Source of the DNA: Lytechinus pictus
Lineage: Eukaryota
DNA length: 64,000 nucleotides
Direction of reading: 5' to 3'
Assembly: GCF_037042905.1 (NCBI RefSeq)
Contig: NC_087249.1
Location: forward strand, 7,132,001 to 7,196,000
In this document: piece after piece, positions 51,201 to 63,200 of the stretch
Layout: each line of letters starts with the position of its first letter
Position numbering within the stretch: position 1 is the stretch's first letter
The notes under the pieces: generated by a model
Seen by the model: only the letters and a program-made list of their open reading frames with translations
The model's database searches: none
Told to the model about the DNA's origin: nothing
Translations under genes and position numbers: made by a program

Positions 51201-54200
51201 TAGTGATGTGCACATTGCTTTGTGCAGTGTACACACAAAGTTTTTCCTTACAATAAACCAATGAAAAGTTATTGCGAGTTAAATCAGCCGAGCCCGTGCA
51301 TACTCCTCTTAAGGTTACACCCTAAAATAAATGGGGCACGGATGGATTATGTCCATGGCGGGCAAAGAATCAATATCAATATTCTAATTTTTTTGATAAA
51401 ATGTTCCTCAGCCATTTAATTTTTGGAGCAATAAAGTTCCTTACCATCTTCCAGAATTCTTGACTGTTTGAAAAAATGTGAAGTCCAAATTCTAAATGAC
51501 AACCCCAAAATATCAGTTATGCCATAATATCACATGTAAACAAGATACTTCTCATGTCACATTAACAAAGACTAATGGAAAATGTTATTTCCATTTTTTA
51601 AGCATATTGGGTGAAAATTTGGATTCTTGGAAACTGAATGCCATTTAAAAACTGGTAAATCATCAACCCAACTTGATTTCACAACTAGCACACAAGCAGA
51701 ACTTGATGGATCTCTTTCCAAACTCGGTTCCATGATATTGCTCTGGCGACAACTACTCTGCTATAAATTCCACACACTAATCTGATGACTTATTTCAACC
51801 CTGGATTTAACCTTATACCCTACCCTAAACCTTACCAAAAACCCTATTGCAACTCTGTCTCTAAACCTACAGAGACAAAAGGGCCGTCTGCATCAGCCCG
51901 AGCTTTCAAATTAGCGCGCTATTTCTGATCAGGCCAATTATCCCGATCTGAACAATCTCGAGATTATTTGTAATGGAAACGCAATTATCGCGCTAGTTTG
52001 TAGGATTAATCTCAAGATCGCAATCCCAAGTCAACTTGGGATTATTTGCAAAATAGCGCGCTATTTACGAATTATCCCGCTAATTCACAGGTGCAGACGC
52101 ACTCGGTATTATCTATTCACGACGTCAGACCATAATGCATCAATGTCTCACTCGAGCAGGAATTGCTCTTCTTGCGATGGTAGAGACAGGGTTTCTTGAA
52201 TCTCGAGATTAATCGCGAAGAGGGCCGATTGGGCTAAAATCTTGAGATTGAGCAAACTCGGGCTGGTGCAGCACCGTCTAATATGAAGCCCAGAGCCATG
52301 GGTGTCAGCGCAGAGGATTATCCTTTGTTCATGGGGGGGGGGGGGCATCTATTGTTGCATTCCCCCTAAACACAAGAGATAATCCTCTGCTCTGATGCCC
52401 ATGCCCGGAGCAATTGTCTCAGGAGCAAACGTCACCGCGTCACCCTAAACTCACCCCAACAGACCCTGACGTCCCCTGGAGCCTCTGCACAGTGAAGGTG
52501 GCTGTTGTCAAGTCCTCGTCGCCGGGGTAGAAGTCTTCGGCGACGTCTTTCTCCCTGGAGGACGACGAGAAGGCCAGGACCCCGTACGGGTCGTCGTTCA
52601 CCAAGATCTCGATGGATGCCGACAGGGGCTGGCTTGTCGATAGTCTTCCTCCACCTGAACGAAGAAGTGTAGTGATCAGTGAGTGGTGACCAGCATGCAA
52701 GCACAGACTCGCATTCGACACTTGAACCAAAACCAAGTCTAGAGAGAAGACTAGACTCCACACTCTCTTGGCTGTGTCAAATAAGAGCCAGCCGCAGTAC
52801 GTGGTGACTCAAGTCTCACTACTTCAGACTCTACAATATGCAGTATACAAATTGCGAAAATAATGGGTCTGTGCCTGCAGACTAAGTGGTCACCGATGGT
52901 GGATACGCTGGTGCCCTTCAAACACTTCTGATTCTGATTAGCACTGAATCATCTTAGACCACAACTGATCCCCCCCTCCAATAATGGTAAAAACAGACAT
53001 TTTTATGAAAACCCATACTTATAGTTATAGTTATACGAATAGTTCATGCCAGCAGATTGAGAGAAAAAATTTGCACATACAGAGGATTTTAATGTAATGT
53101 TGTTTACTTTCAACAACTTGAAAATGGCTGATGACGACACATAAATAATATTCAGCCATTTCGTGGTACAGATGAGCAGGGCACCCATCTCCTACAGAGT
53201 GTGACCGATTAAATTCAATGTCCAAAGCTAACATTTCTATTTTTTCTCAATGCAAAACACAAATGTCTTAGCATATTCCTCTCAAGAGAAGCCATTTTGT
53301 TCTTTATATTACATCAGTTTGAAAAATCAGAATGTACCTTATTTTTTTTAAAGAGGAACAGTGTGTATGAATTCTTTATGATGAATTATAGAGTTATTGG
53401 CCTTCCAGTTTTGATTACCGTAATTGAATCAATCCCAATCTTAAATACAAGGTGGTTCACAAACCCCTAGGCCTTACGCCTGACTTCGCGATCAATAGAA
53501 TATGCAACATGATCTTTTGACCCCTTGATGACCTTTGACCTTATCATCTTATGAACACATGCGTGGTATTACCCAATGATTATTTTAACCAAGTGTAAAC
53601 ATACAGTAATTAATGCAGAAATAAAGAAATGAGAGCAAGTTGAACAAAACTTGAAATAAGGATGGAAATGACCTATCATATCAAGCAACATATGACTGGA
53701 CATACCATCTGTACTTGTCAGCGTAAGCAAGAAGTTTTCATTGAACTCTGGGATGCCATCGGCCAGCGTCCGGAGGGCGATAGTTCCTTGGATCTGACTC
53801 GCCGCAAACTCTACGTAACCCCTGACCTCCTCGAAATCCTCGTTATCAGAGAGCAGGGATGAGGTGTTGGTCGTCACGACCCAATTCACCTGAACAATTC
53901 CAAAGCTTCCACGCTCTCTTACAACTCTGTTGGGTGAAGCACACAATAATCCACATCACACATATGAATGACCATTTTCGGACCTTGGTAATGGGTAAGA
54001 AATACTCCATTTTTTCAAAGGAAAAACACATGTAGGTTGATGATCTGGGAATGGAACATGGCTCCCATTATTAGACAGTGGAAAAAGCAGGGTGTGGATT
54101 ACTTTTAGGAGTGAAAGGATATTATAGTTGTGGGTAATCGAAAGATGAACAACAATCAAGCTTTTTTAGCATTTGAGTTCATTTCACATCTCCAAAGAAT

Positions 54201-57200
54201 GTTGTATTGTTCCCCCCCCCCCCATCAGGGTGCAACCAACTCTTCATTTTATTAAACATACACGATGCATAAAAGAACTTCGGATTATCAAACCAAAGTT
54301 CTCTCTCCCTCGCTCTTTCCATCTTGTCACTTACACAAAGTTCAGGACTGATTCCTCATTGGTTACAACATCTTCAACTGGATCTTGGAAGCTGAACACA
54401 CCTCCTGGGTCATCGTTAGCTTCTATGGTTACGATTGCTATGCCAGAGCCATAAACTACAATATCACCTGCATGGACATAATAAGATATAAGTTACTTTG
54501 TTATCAGCTATTTTCAAAGATTATTTACAGACATATACAGATGTAGATCATAGACGCCCTCCCTCTCCCCCCTCATAAATTCCCTCTCCATCTTCCGAAA
54601 TGTAGCATTTCTGTATTCACACTACGCAACTACATTGTACAAACATCAATTTTAAAGGAGACAATTTCACTGAGGTTAAAAAAAAAGACGAGAATCATTA
54701 GTTCAAGCAATATGATAGCAATCTTAATGAATTCTTAATAATAAGGAACAGTGAGCATTTCAGAAATTATGTATAGATTCTGTAACTACAAACAGGGACC
54801 TAATGTGGTTTGTGGAGGGGAGTTCAAAGACTGCTAAGAAAGCTTGAATTTTTTAATTAACAACCAGAAGACCAACAGCTTACGGTATTGAGAATAAATG
54901 TACATGCCTGACAAAAAGGGTTCCAGTGTATTGACTTGGTTTTGAACCCGGGTCATCGGAATTATTAGCCCATCCTACTTAATCATTGTGCCTATCCTTG
55001 AAAATGTCATCTACAAAAAAGTATTAAGAAACAGATAAAGTTCCACACTTCAAGCAAAACACCTCTCTCTTACCGACTGGGTTGAAAAGCTGAACCGTGA
55101 ACGTTTCCGAATCTTCAGGTTCTGCATCCTCCAAGATCAGGAGATCGATAGTGGCCGTAGTGACCCCGACAAGGAAGCTCAGCTGGCCACTTGTCTCTGC
55201 AAAGTCACCTCTGGATGACAGGGCCGTGCCCGGTAGGGTTCGGAAGTCAACGGTTGCTGCAGTGTCTCCGCTGCTGTTCCGCAAGACGGTCAGGGTCACG
55301 ACACCAGGCTCACTTACAGTTACATTGACAGGATCTTAGGAGAAAAAAAATACAACTTACTTCATGGCATTCTTTCTGTCTTTCTAAACGATATTAGTAT
55401 TTAGATATTTAGTAAAATTCAAAATGCATGTATTCAATAGACAGAAACCACGACAATTACTCCAGATTGGAATGTCTGTGTTGGTTTTATTTACCGTTGG
55501 ATGCGAGAGCAGAAGGGGGGCGGTCCTGTATTTGGCTCCCAAAAATGATATACAAAGTTGATATTTTCTTGTATATTCTATTCTGATTATATTTTATTGT
55601 ATTTATACTGTGGAGGAAATAAATGAATTCAAATTAATCAGTCCTTAACAATGATATGGAAAAAAGGTATTAAAAGGCATGAAAATGCAGAAATGACTAC
55701 AATGGAAGTAATAAAATCATTTTAAAGACTGAAAACCAGTGTATACAACATTTGTGTATGATGTTTGATCATTACAAAAGATTTTTTTAAATAACAAACA
55801 AGTTCAAATATTCATACTTTTAGCATTTCAAACCCTGATTTACAGGTCTACTGTTCAATCTATGGAACCATCTAGAACTGGCATAGATTTTGCATGCATA
55901 CATTTGAGACAAAATTATGGCAACATGATTTACCTTCAAAGTAAACAGCATCATCATTCTTATTGATGTTGAGAGTGGCTGTAGTAGGGGCCCCAAGACG
56001 GCTTCCTCCGATTGGGTTGGACAGACTGACTGTAAAACTTTCTGATCGTTCGGGAATCTAGGAAGGATATACAATGTCAATTTGTTAAACCATTGAACAA
56101 TGGAATATTTAAAAACCCATTTGATCAGCTTTTATTTAAATTGGCAACATCAATCCTTTTCTGTCATTCTAAATGTTTCCACTTTCATATTAAAGGAACA
56201 ACAATATTGAAGATTCTATTTCATTGCTGAGTTAATAATTATTTACCTTTCAAAAGTTGTTTGCACTGAAAAAAAAAATGCAAAGAAAATGGACATGGTA
56301 TGCTTATCATTTTTTTATATCATTTTTTTATATCATTTTTTTTATATCATTTTAGGGTCTCTGATTCAAAAGAAATGAGGCCAAACTACAAAATATAGTC
56401 ACTTAGTGATTAATAGGTTCTTAAAGAATAAAAGATTGAGATAAAATTGGATCATATAACTGATTTGAAATTTTAAGTGAAGCATGTCAGAGTAAAAATG
56501 TGAAAACTCATTTAGACCCAAATTCACGAGAAATTATGAAAGATAAAAGTAAAATAAATTTTGAGAATTTTGTATATGTTACTTTATTTACTGGAATATA
56601 ACGAAGCCAAAATCTAACCTTCTTAAAAAAAAACATTGATAATATACCTGATCATTGCGAGCTGTGATAGAGATGTACTTGAGACTCTCTCCCTGTCCAA
56701 ACGTGACAATACCCTGGGTAGGAACAAGGTCAAAGAATGATCCTGCAGGTGCCACATTCCATGACACAGAAGCTTCTCCGAAGGTACCTCTTGACCGCAC
56801 CACCGCAAACTGAGCTGTTTGGTTGTTACTGCTGGTGCTCTCATCGATGTAGATCAAGGCTGGGTCATCTTGGAATTCAACAACACCATAGGGATCATCA
56901 TTGCCAAGGACGGTAATCTCTATCGTAGTGCGGTTGCCAAGTTTGCTGGCAGGGCTGCCAAATGGGGAGAGAGTCAGGAAGAACGTTTCATCCAATTCCG
57001 GGGTGCCATCAGCAACCGCTGCAAGGGTGATGGTGTAGGTATGGACACCGGGTGGAAACTCTGCCAGGCCCTGGGCACCAAAGAACTCTGCGCTTCCGCC
57101 ACCCTCGATGGAGAAGATAACGCTCCTCTGGACTAGGCTTCCACCGTTACGTTCCACTCTGATCTGGACGACATCTCCGCCTTCTGAGATGATGTACGGT

Positions 57201-60200
57201 CCTGCTGTAGAGGCGGAGAACTCAAAGCTACCACCTGGGTTGTCATTTTCGAGGATGGTGATGGTGGCGATTGTGTCTCCAGCACGGAGAAGCTGGTTCT
57301 CTGGTGATACTTGGTATAGTTCCACACCGAACATCTCGTCTGTTTCTGCTAGCTCATCGGATAAGATTTCAACTGTCAGAACCTGCATAGCCTCACCTAA
57401 ATGATGAAAAAAAGGAGACAAAAACAGCTAAGATTGAAAGAAAGATTGCTAAATTGATAAGCATTTTTATTGATGTATCTTCTCTTGTGGGACAAACCAA
57501 AGACATGGGGGACAACAGTGAGCTAACCATATGTCCATAAAAGACAACTGGTCAAAGCTGGCAACCTTCTCTACATACATGTAAAGTATAGAAAACAAGA
57601 TGCTTGAACATCAACAATATCCATGATCCTGTGAGACAAGGGTTTGTGATGGATTGCTAAAACGAAAAAAACAACATCCTGATAGGATTTTTTTTCAGAG
57701 TTCTGAACACAAAGCACATGAAACGATGGTCTGGGCTGGTCATTGCCATTTGGCAAATGACTGCACACCTTTCAGTCTAGATCAATCAAATACATGTATG
57801 ATATTAATATTCCAAAATAATAATAAAAAAATTATAATCACTTATGCCTCTCCTTACCTGGGGAAAATCTGACAGATCCATTGGGGAAGCCATAGTCAGC
57901 ATCAGAAGCAACATTCCCAGATCCTGGGGGATCAACAATCCTCCACAGCACCACCGCTTCTCCCGATGTACCCTCTCTGGTCAAATTCAGTGATAGCTGC
58001 AGAAGAGAGAATGTATGGAGAGGGTTGAATCATTGCAAATATTGATGTTTTTTAGTGGGAATATTTACCTCAGTGAAAAAAATACAAAAGGCTGAAAAAA
58101 AACTTAGCAAATAAGAATAATAAACAGACATGTTTATAAACAAAATATTCATCCATCAGTCCTACTCCCAATCCATTTTTGAAATTTATACTTAGGCACA
58201 TGCTTGATTCAAGCAGCTTCTCCTTGAAATAACTTGGTGAGAGTCAAAATTTATGTGTAGTCCCATATGTTACTTTCTGTGTACAGTCCAGGTATCATAA
58301 TTGGCAAATTAGTGAAAAGCTTACCCATTTGATAATTCTAAAATCTAAAATCCATGTTATGTACCACTTATTCATATCTCGAAGTTGCTTTTGAACATAT
58401 CTGTTCTTATTACAAATGCAAGACACAAACTCCAATGCATTTTCATCTCCATAGAAATAAATAATGAGTATGTGCCATAGACCAGTAGTGCTGAGCATAC
58501 ATGCATGAAGCATTTAAAATAAGATCAATACTTACTTCGTAAGGATTTGGACCCTGTGGTTCCTGAACATCCACAACCAAGCCCAACGTAGTAAAGCCAA
58601 TCTCTCCATTAGCAATAGCTGCTGTTACAGGAAGAGATACCATGACCTTTGACCCGATGCGAGGGCTGGTCGGTGGCAGGATGGGAGTTGGACTGAGCAA
58701 CGACACATCCACCAGTGTGATTACGAACTGTGCTCCGAGACTCAGAAAAGCATTGGCCTGGATCGGAACCTCAAAGCGATGGACAGAGGTGCCATCAAGG
58801 AATACCGTTGTACTACTGCCTGCAGTCTCTAGGACATCTGGGGGGGGAAACAAGAAAATTGGAGAAAAAACATGACAGAGAAAACTTTAGTTTATATTAC
58901 CAATCAAACCGCAATATCAAAAGGACTGAGCTTATTTCATACAAGAATCTCCTCAAAATCATAGAGGCCATTCCATGTTTTTTTTCTCTCTCTCTCTTTA
59001 TTTTTCTGTTATTCCTTTGTCCCATACAACACAGAACTATTTTTCATATTGATTGTTATGGATATGTAATCGAGTCAAGTTAAGTATTGGTTCTTGTTCC
59101 CCTTCTGGTACTACACGAGGATCACAATCAATGAAGAAAATATATTTTCTTTTTTTATATAAAAAAAAATGTCCCTTACGACACAGATAGGAAATGCCCA
59201 TAATCATCATCAAATTTTAATTTTGACCATATGTTGAAAGAACGTTACACAAATTATTTCCATACATGATTTATCAGTGAATACTTTCCTTTTAAGCCAA
59301 CCAGTAAGATCACATCCTGTGCAAAATATGTCAATGCAGAATCTGTAATATAGTTCAAACACTCACTTTCGGTTTCATCTGCAGATCCATCCATCAGAAT
59401 ATATGATGCGTTGAAGGTGACAACCAGATCTCCAACTCTTCCTCCGCTTCTCGTCATGAGGAGCTGCAATTTCCTAGGCTGAGGACTGACCACGATGGAC
59501 TGGTCACTGTCTGAAGAGAACTGCAGGACTCCGTAAACGTCATCGCTGTCACGGACAACCAATGTCCCCTCTATGACACCATCAACCCTGGCCCCTCCCG
59601 TGACAGTTTCGGGCAGGAGCTGGACGATGTATACCTCAGCTTCCTCTGGGATACTGTCCTGAGGAATCGGGATGGTGAGCTCCTGGGACCGCTGCCCATC
59701 CTGGAATCGGACGATGCCGGAGGATTCTTGAGTCTGCGAGGTGTTGAGCAGCACTCGGTACCCGACGGTCACCTCTCCGAAGGCACCTCCCGTTCTCAAA
59801 ACCACAAAGTCTCTCACAATCCGTGTTGTTTCCTCATCGACCACTACGTACAGAGATCCCGAAGAATTGAAGGAGAGGACGCCATTGTGGTCATCATTTG
59901 CACGGATTCGCGCGACAGTACTTGATGGAGAAGCAATGACTGCATTATCGGATGGGTTGATCAAGGTGATGACAATGTCTTCACTAAGTTCAGGGTTACT
60001 ATCTGGTAAAATCACAATGTTGATAGGCATCTTGGTTTCACCTGATAAAAAGATGATACTGCCGTTGGTCGCTATATAGTCCACTAAAGTCTCGGCACCA
60101 CTGGGTGTCAGGTAGTAATTCACAGTGACCAGACCTCCGACAGGACCAAGACTTGTCTCGCCATCTGCGGCCAATCCTCTCAGGACCTCGACAAAGACAT

Positions 60201-63200
60201 TGCCAGCATCCTCATCAAAGACGTAGAGAGGCTGGGCAAAGCGCAAGGGACTATCATTCTCCTCTATGATCACTTGGATAGACGAGGTCGAAGAATTGAG
60301 CAGAGCACCACCGGTCACACTAGTCAATACAATATTAAAAGTCTCTTCATTCTCAGGAACCTGCATCATACAAAAACAAATAATGATTAAAATGAATTAA
60401 ATTCCTTGATGAATTACAATATCACTGACATTATATAGATGAGTAATCAATAAAAATAGCTCAATACTTACGCCGGATTTAATTTGATATTCAACAAGGA
60501 AGTTGCCTCATTTTCCTTCACAAATTTCATCAAGGAATGTTACTATAACTCATTTATAATATATAGCATTCATGAGGCGCCAATTATCTAGTTGCCTATT
60601 CAGTGGCACACTCCACTTTAGCTCAATTTTTTTGCAGCAACTGAAGCTAAAGCCGGGAATTTATCCTGCCGGGTACCTATTTTACTCACGTGGGTTGAGT
60701 ACAGCACAATGTGGATCAATTCCTTATCAAGTATATTATGGCATGACTGAGATTCGAACCCACAACCCTCAGTTTCAGAGTTTGGAGACTAATCCACTAG
60801 GCCACAACGCTCCACATAGTGTCATCTTCTACTTCTTTATTATACATGTATATCAAGTCAGCACTTTTATAATCAAATTTTGTCTTGTTCTAATTGTTTG
60901 TGCAGTATACATGTACATGTATTCTAATGAATGTTCACTGAAAATGTATACATCTTGTTAGCATGAGATTCATGTCACATCCAACCATCTCAAGTTTGTA
61001 ATATATTAAGCCCAAGATCATAGAACATGAGAAATATGTGGAACATGATGGTAACACTGCATGCGAATTATCAAACACAACAAGTGGAATGCCTCTGGCC
61101 GTCTCACCTGCATCACGCGATTCAATATAGCAGCAGTGCTGATTTTGAAAACTACTATAACTCGCACAAGATGTTCAGTGATACTTGGTTACTCTTATTT
61201 CCACGTTTTATGAACTAGACCAATACACTTATAGAGATATGATGGCAATTCAACAAATACCCCCAACGTGGCCAAAGTTCTTTGACCTTACATGACCTTT
61301 GACCTTGATCATGTGACCTGAAACTCGCACAGGATGTTCAGTGATACTTGATTACTATTATGTCAAAGTTTTATGAACTAGACCAACACACTTTCAAATT
61401 TATGGCTGTAATTCAACAAATACCCCAATTTGGCCAAAGTTCATTGACCCTAAATGACCTTTGACCTTGATCATGTGACCTGAAACTTGCACAGGATGTT
61501 TAGTAATACTTGATTACTATTATGTCCAAGTTTCATGAATCAGATCCATAAACTTTCAAAGTTATGATGGTAATTCAACAGATACCCCCAATTCGGCCAA
61601 AGTTCATTGACCCTAAATGACCTTTGACCTTGGTCATGTGATGTGAAACTCATGCAGGATGTTCAGTGATACTTGATTAACCTTATGTATAAGTTTCATG
61701 AACTAGGTCCATATATTTTCTAAGTTATGATGACATTTCAAAAACTTAACCTTAGGTTAAGATTTTGATGTTGATTCCCCCAACATGGTCTAAGTTCATT
61801 GACCCTACATGACCTTTGACCTTGGTCATGTGACATGAAACTCAGGCAGGATGTTCAGTAATACTTGATTAACCTTATGGCCAAGTTTCATGAACTAGGT
61901 CCATATACTTTCTAAGTTATGCTGTCATTTCAAAAACTTAACCTCAGGTTAAGATTTGGTGTTGACGCCGCCGCCGCCGTCGCCGTCGGAAAAGCGGCGC
62001 CTATAGTCTCACTCTGCTATGCAGGTGAGACAAAAATCTAATTTTCAATGTCTTTACCTCATCTGCTAGGACTGAAACAATAAACGATGCTGATGAGTCG
62101 CCTTCTTGGAATGTAACTGATGATGTCACAGGTGAAAGGTCATTGCTTGCTGCATTCGGACCACCTGATATCTGTAGTCAAAAAGTCAGTCATAAAGAGA
62201 TGCAAGATTATTGGAGGAAATCTGTGAACCTAACATAAGTCAGCTGAAGATTTGTGACACTGATGAAACTGGTAATGTTCGAATATCCAAAATAGGCGTT
62301 ATAGTGCAGCCAATAATCAATATTCATACACGAAAGTAATGGAAAATAAAAAATTATATTTGATTTTTTTTCAAGGTTGTTCAATACTTTGATAGCTCAA
62401 AAATATTCTCTAAAATATATTGTAGTGAAGAAAAGCAAAAATCAGCTTTAAGGCCTCTTTCAGCTTCATACAACAAAGGGGTTATGGCACATGTTACTGC
62501 AAGTAGTCATAAAAGGTGTTGAAAAAATGTTGCAATAAATAACAAGGAAAGCCAATACGAGTGTGCTTCATGAAGATTTTTGTCAGCAATTATCACCAAC
62601 AAATGTTTTAAGTTACCACAAATCCTTGCATCTAATTGGTAGAGAGCATGCATGGTTGAGAGCAAATTAGTCACTGAAAATCACTGCCGAAACTGTTCAT
62701 GAAATGCTCCACAGGTCTATAATAATAATATTGGTATATTTACCCAGGGTAGCCAATTCAGTTCCGAAAACTGTTCTCCCAGCGGGCCCTGCTATTATTA
62801 CCCCGGCTAAGCTAGGCTACTGTACCTATTCAGTTGCACACAGCTTTTTTAGGAATTACTTCCTGCCGGTACCCATTTACCTCACCTGGGTTGAGTGCAA
62901 CAACTCTGTGGATGAATTCCTTGCTGAAGGAAACTACGCCATGGCTGGGATTCGAACCCACGACCCTCTGTTTCAGAGTCAAGAGACTAATCCACTGAGC
63001 CACGATGCTCCACTAGAGACTTCCTATCATCTGGGGAGCATCCCATCAACATTTTTGTCTGACAGGTTGTCAGATCTGACAACTTTTCTTGATTTTGATT
63101 GGCTGAGAAGCACAGTTACCATGGTAACTGTCGGATGAGATGGGACTTGTCTGGGAAAATGCCCGACAAGTGCTTTCATAAAACGCTCCCCAAGAGTTTT

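Larger units (their letters stand above)
51727..52443. mobile_element. TAGGGT-core TIR element carrying two nested MITEs
   Basis: Inverted homolog of 12724-12920, interrupted at ~51880-52279 and 52297-52403. Confidence 0.6.

Noticed and set aside
56819..60079. Plus-strand ORFs overlapping large exons (also e.g. 946-1193, 7592-7783, 45211-45711)
   Set aside because: Antisense shadows of the GC-richer ADGRV1 exons, or LINE remnants; no independent gene signals.
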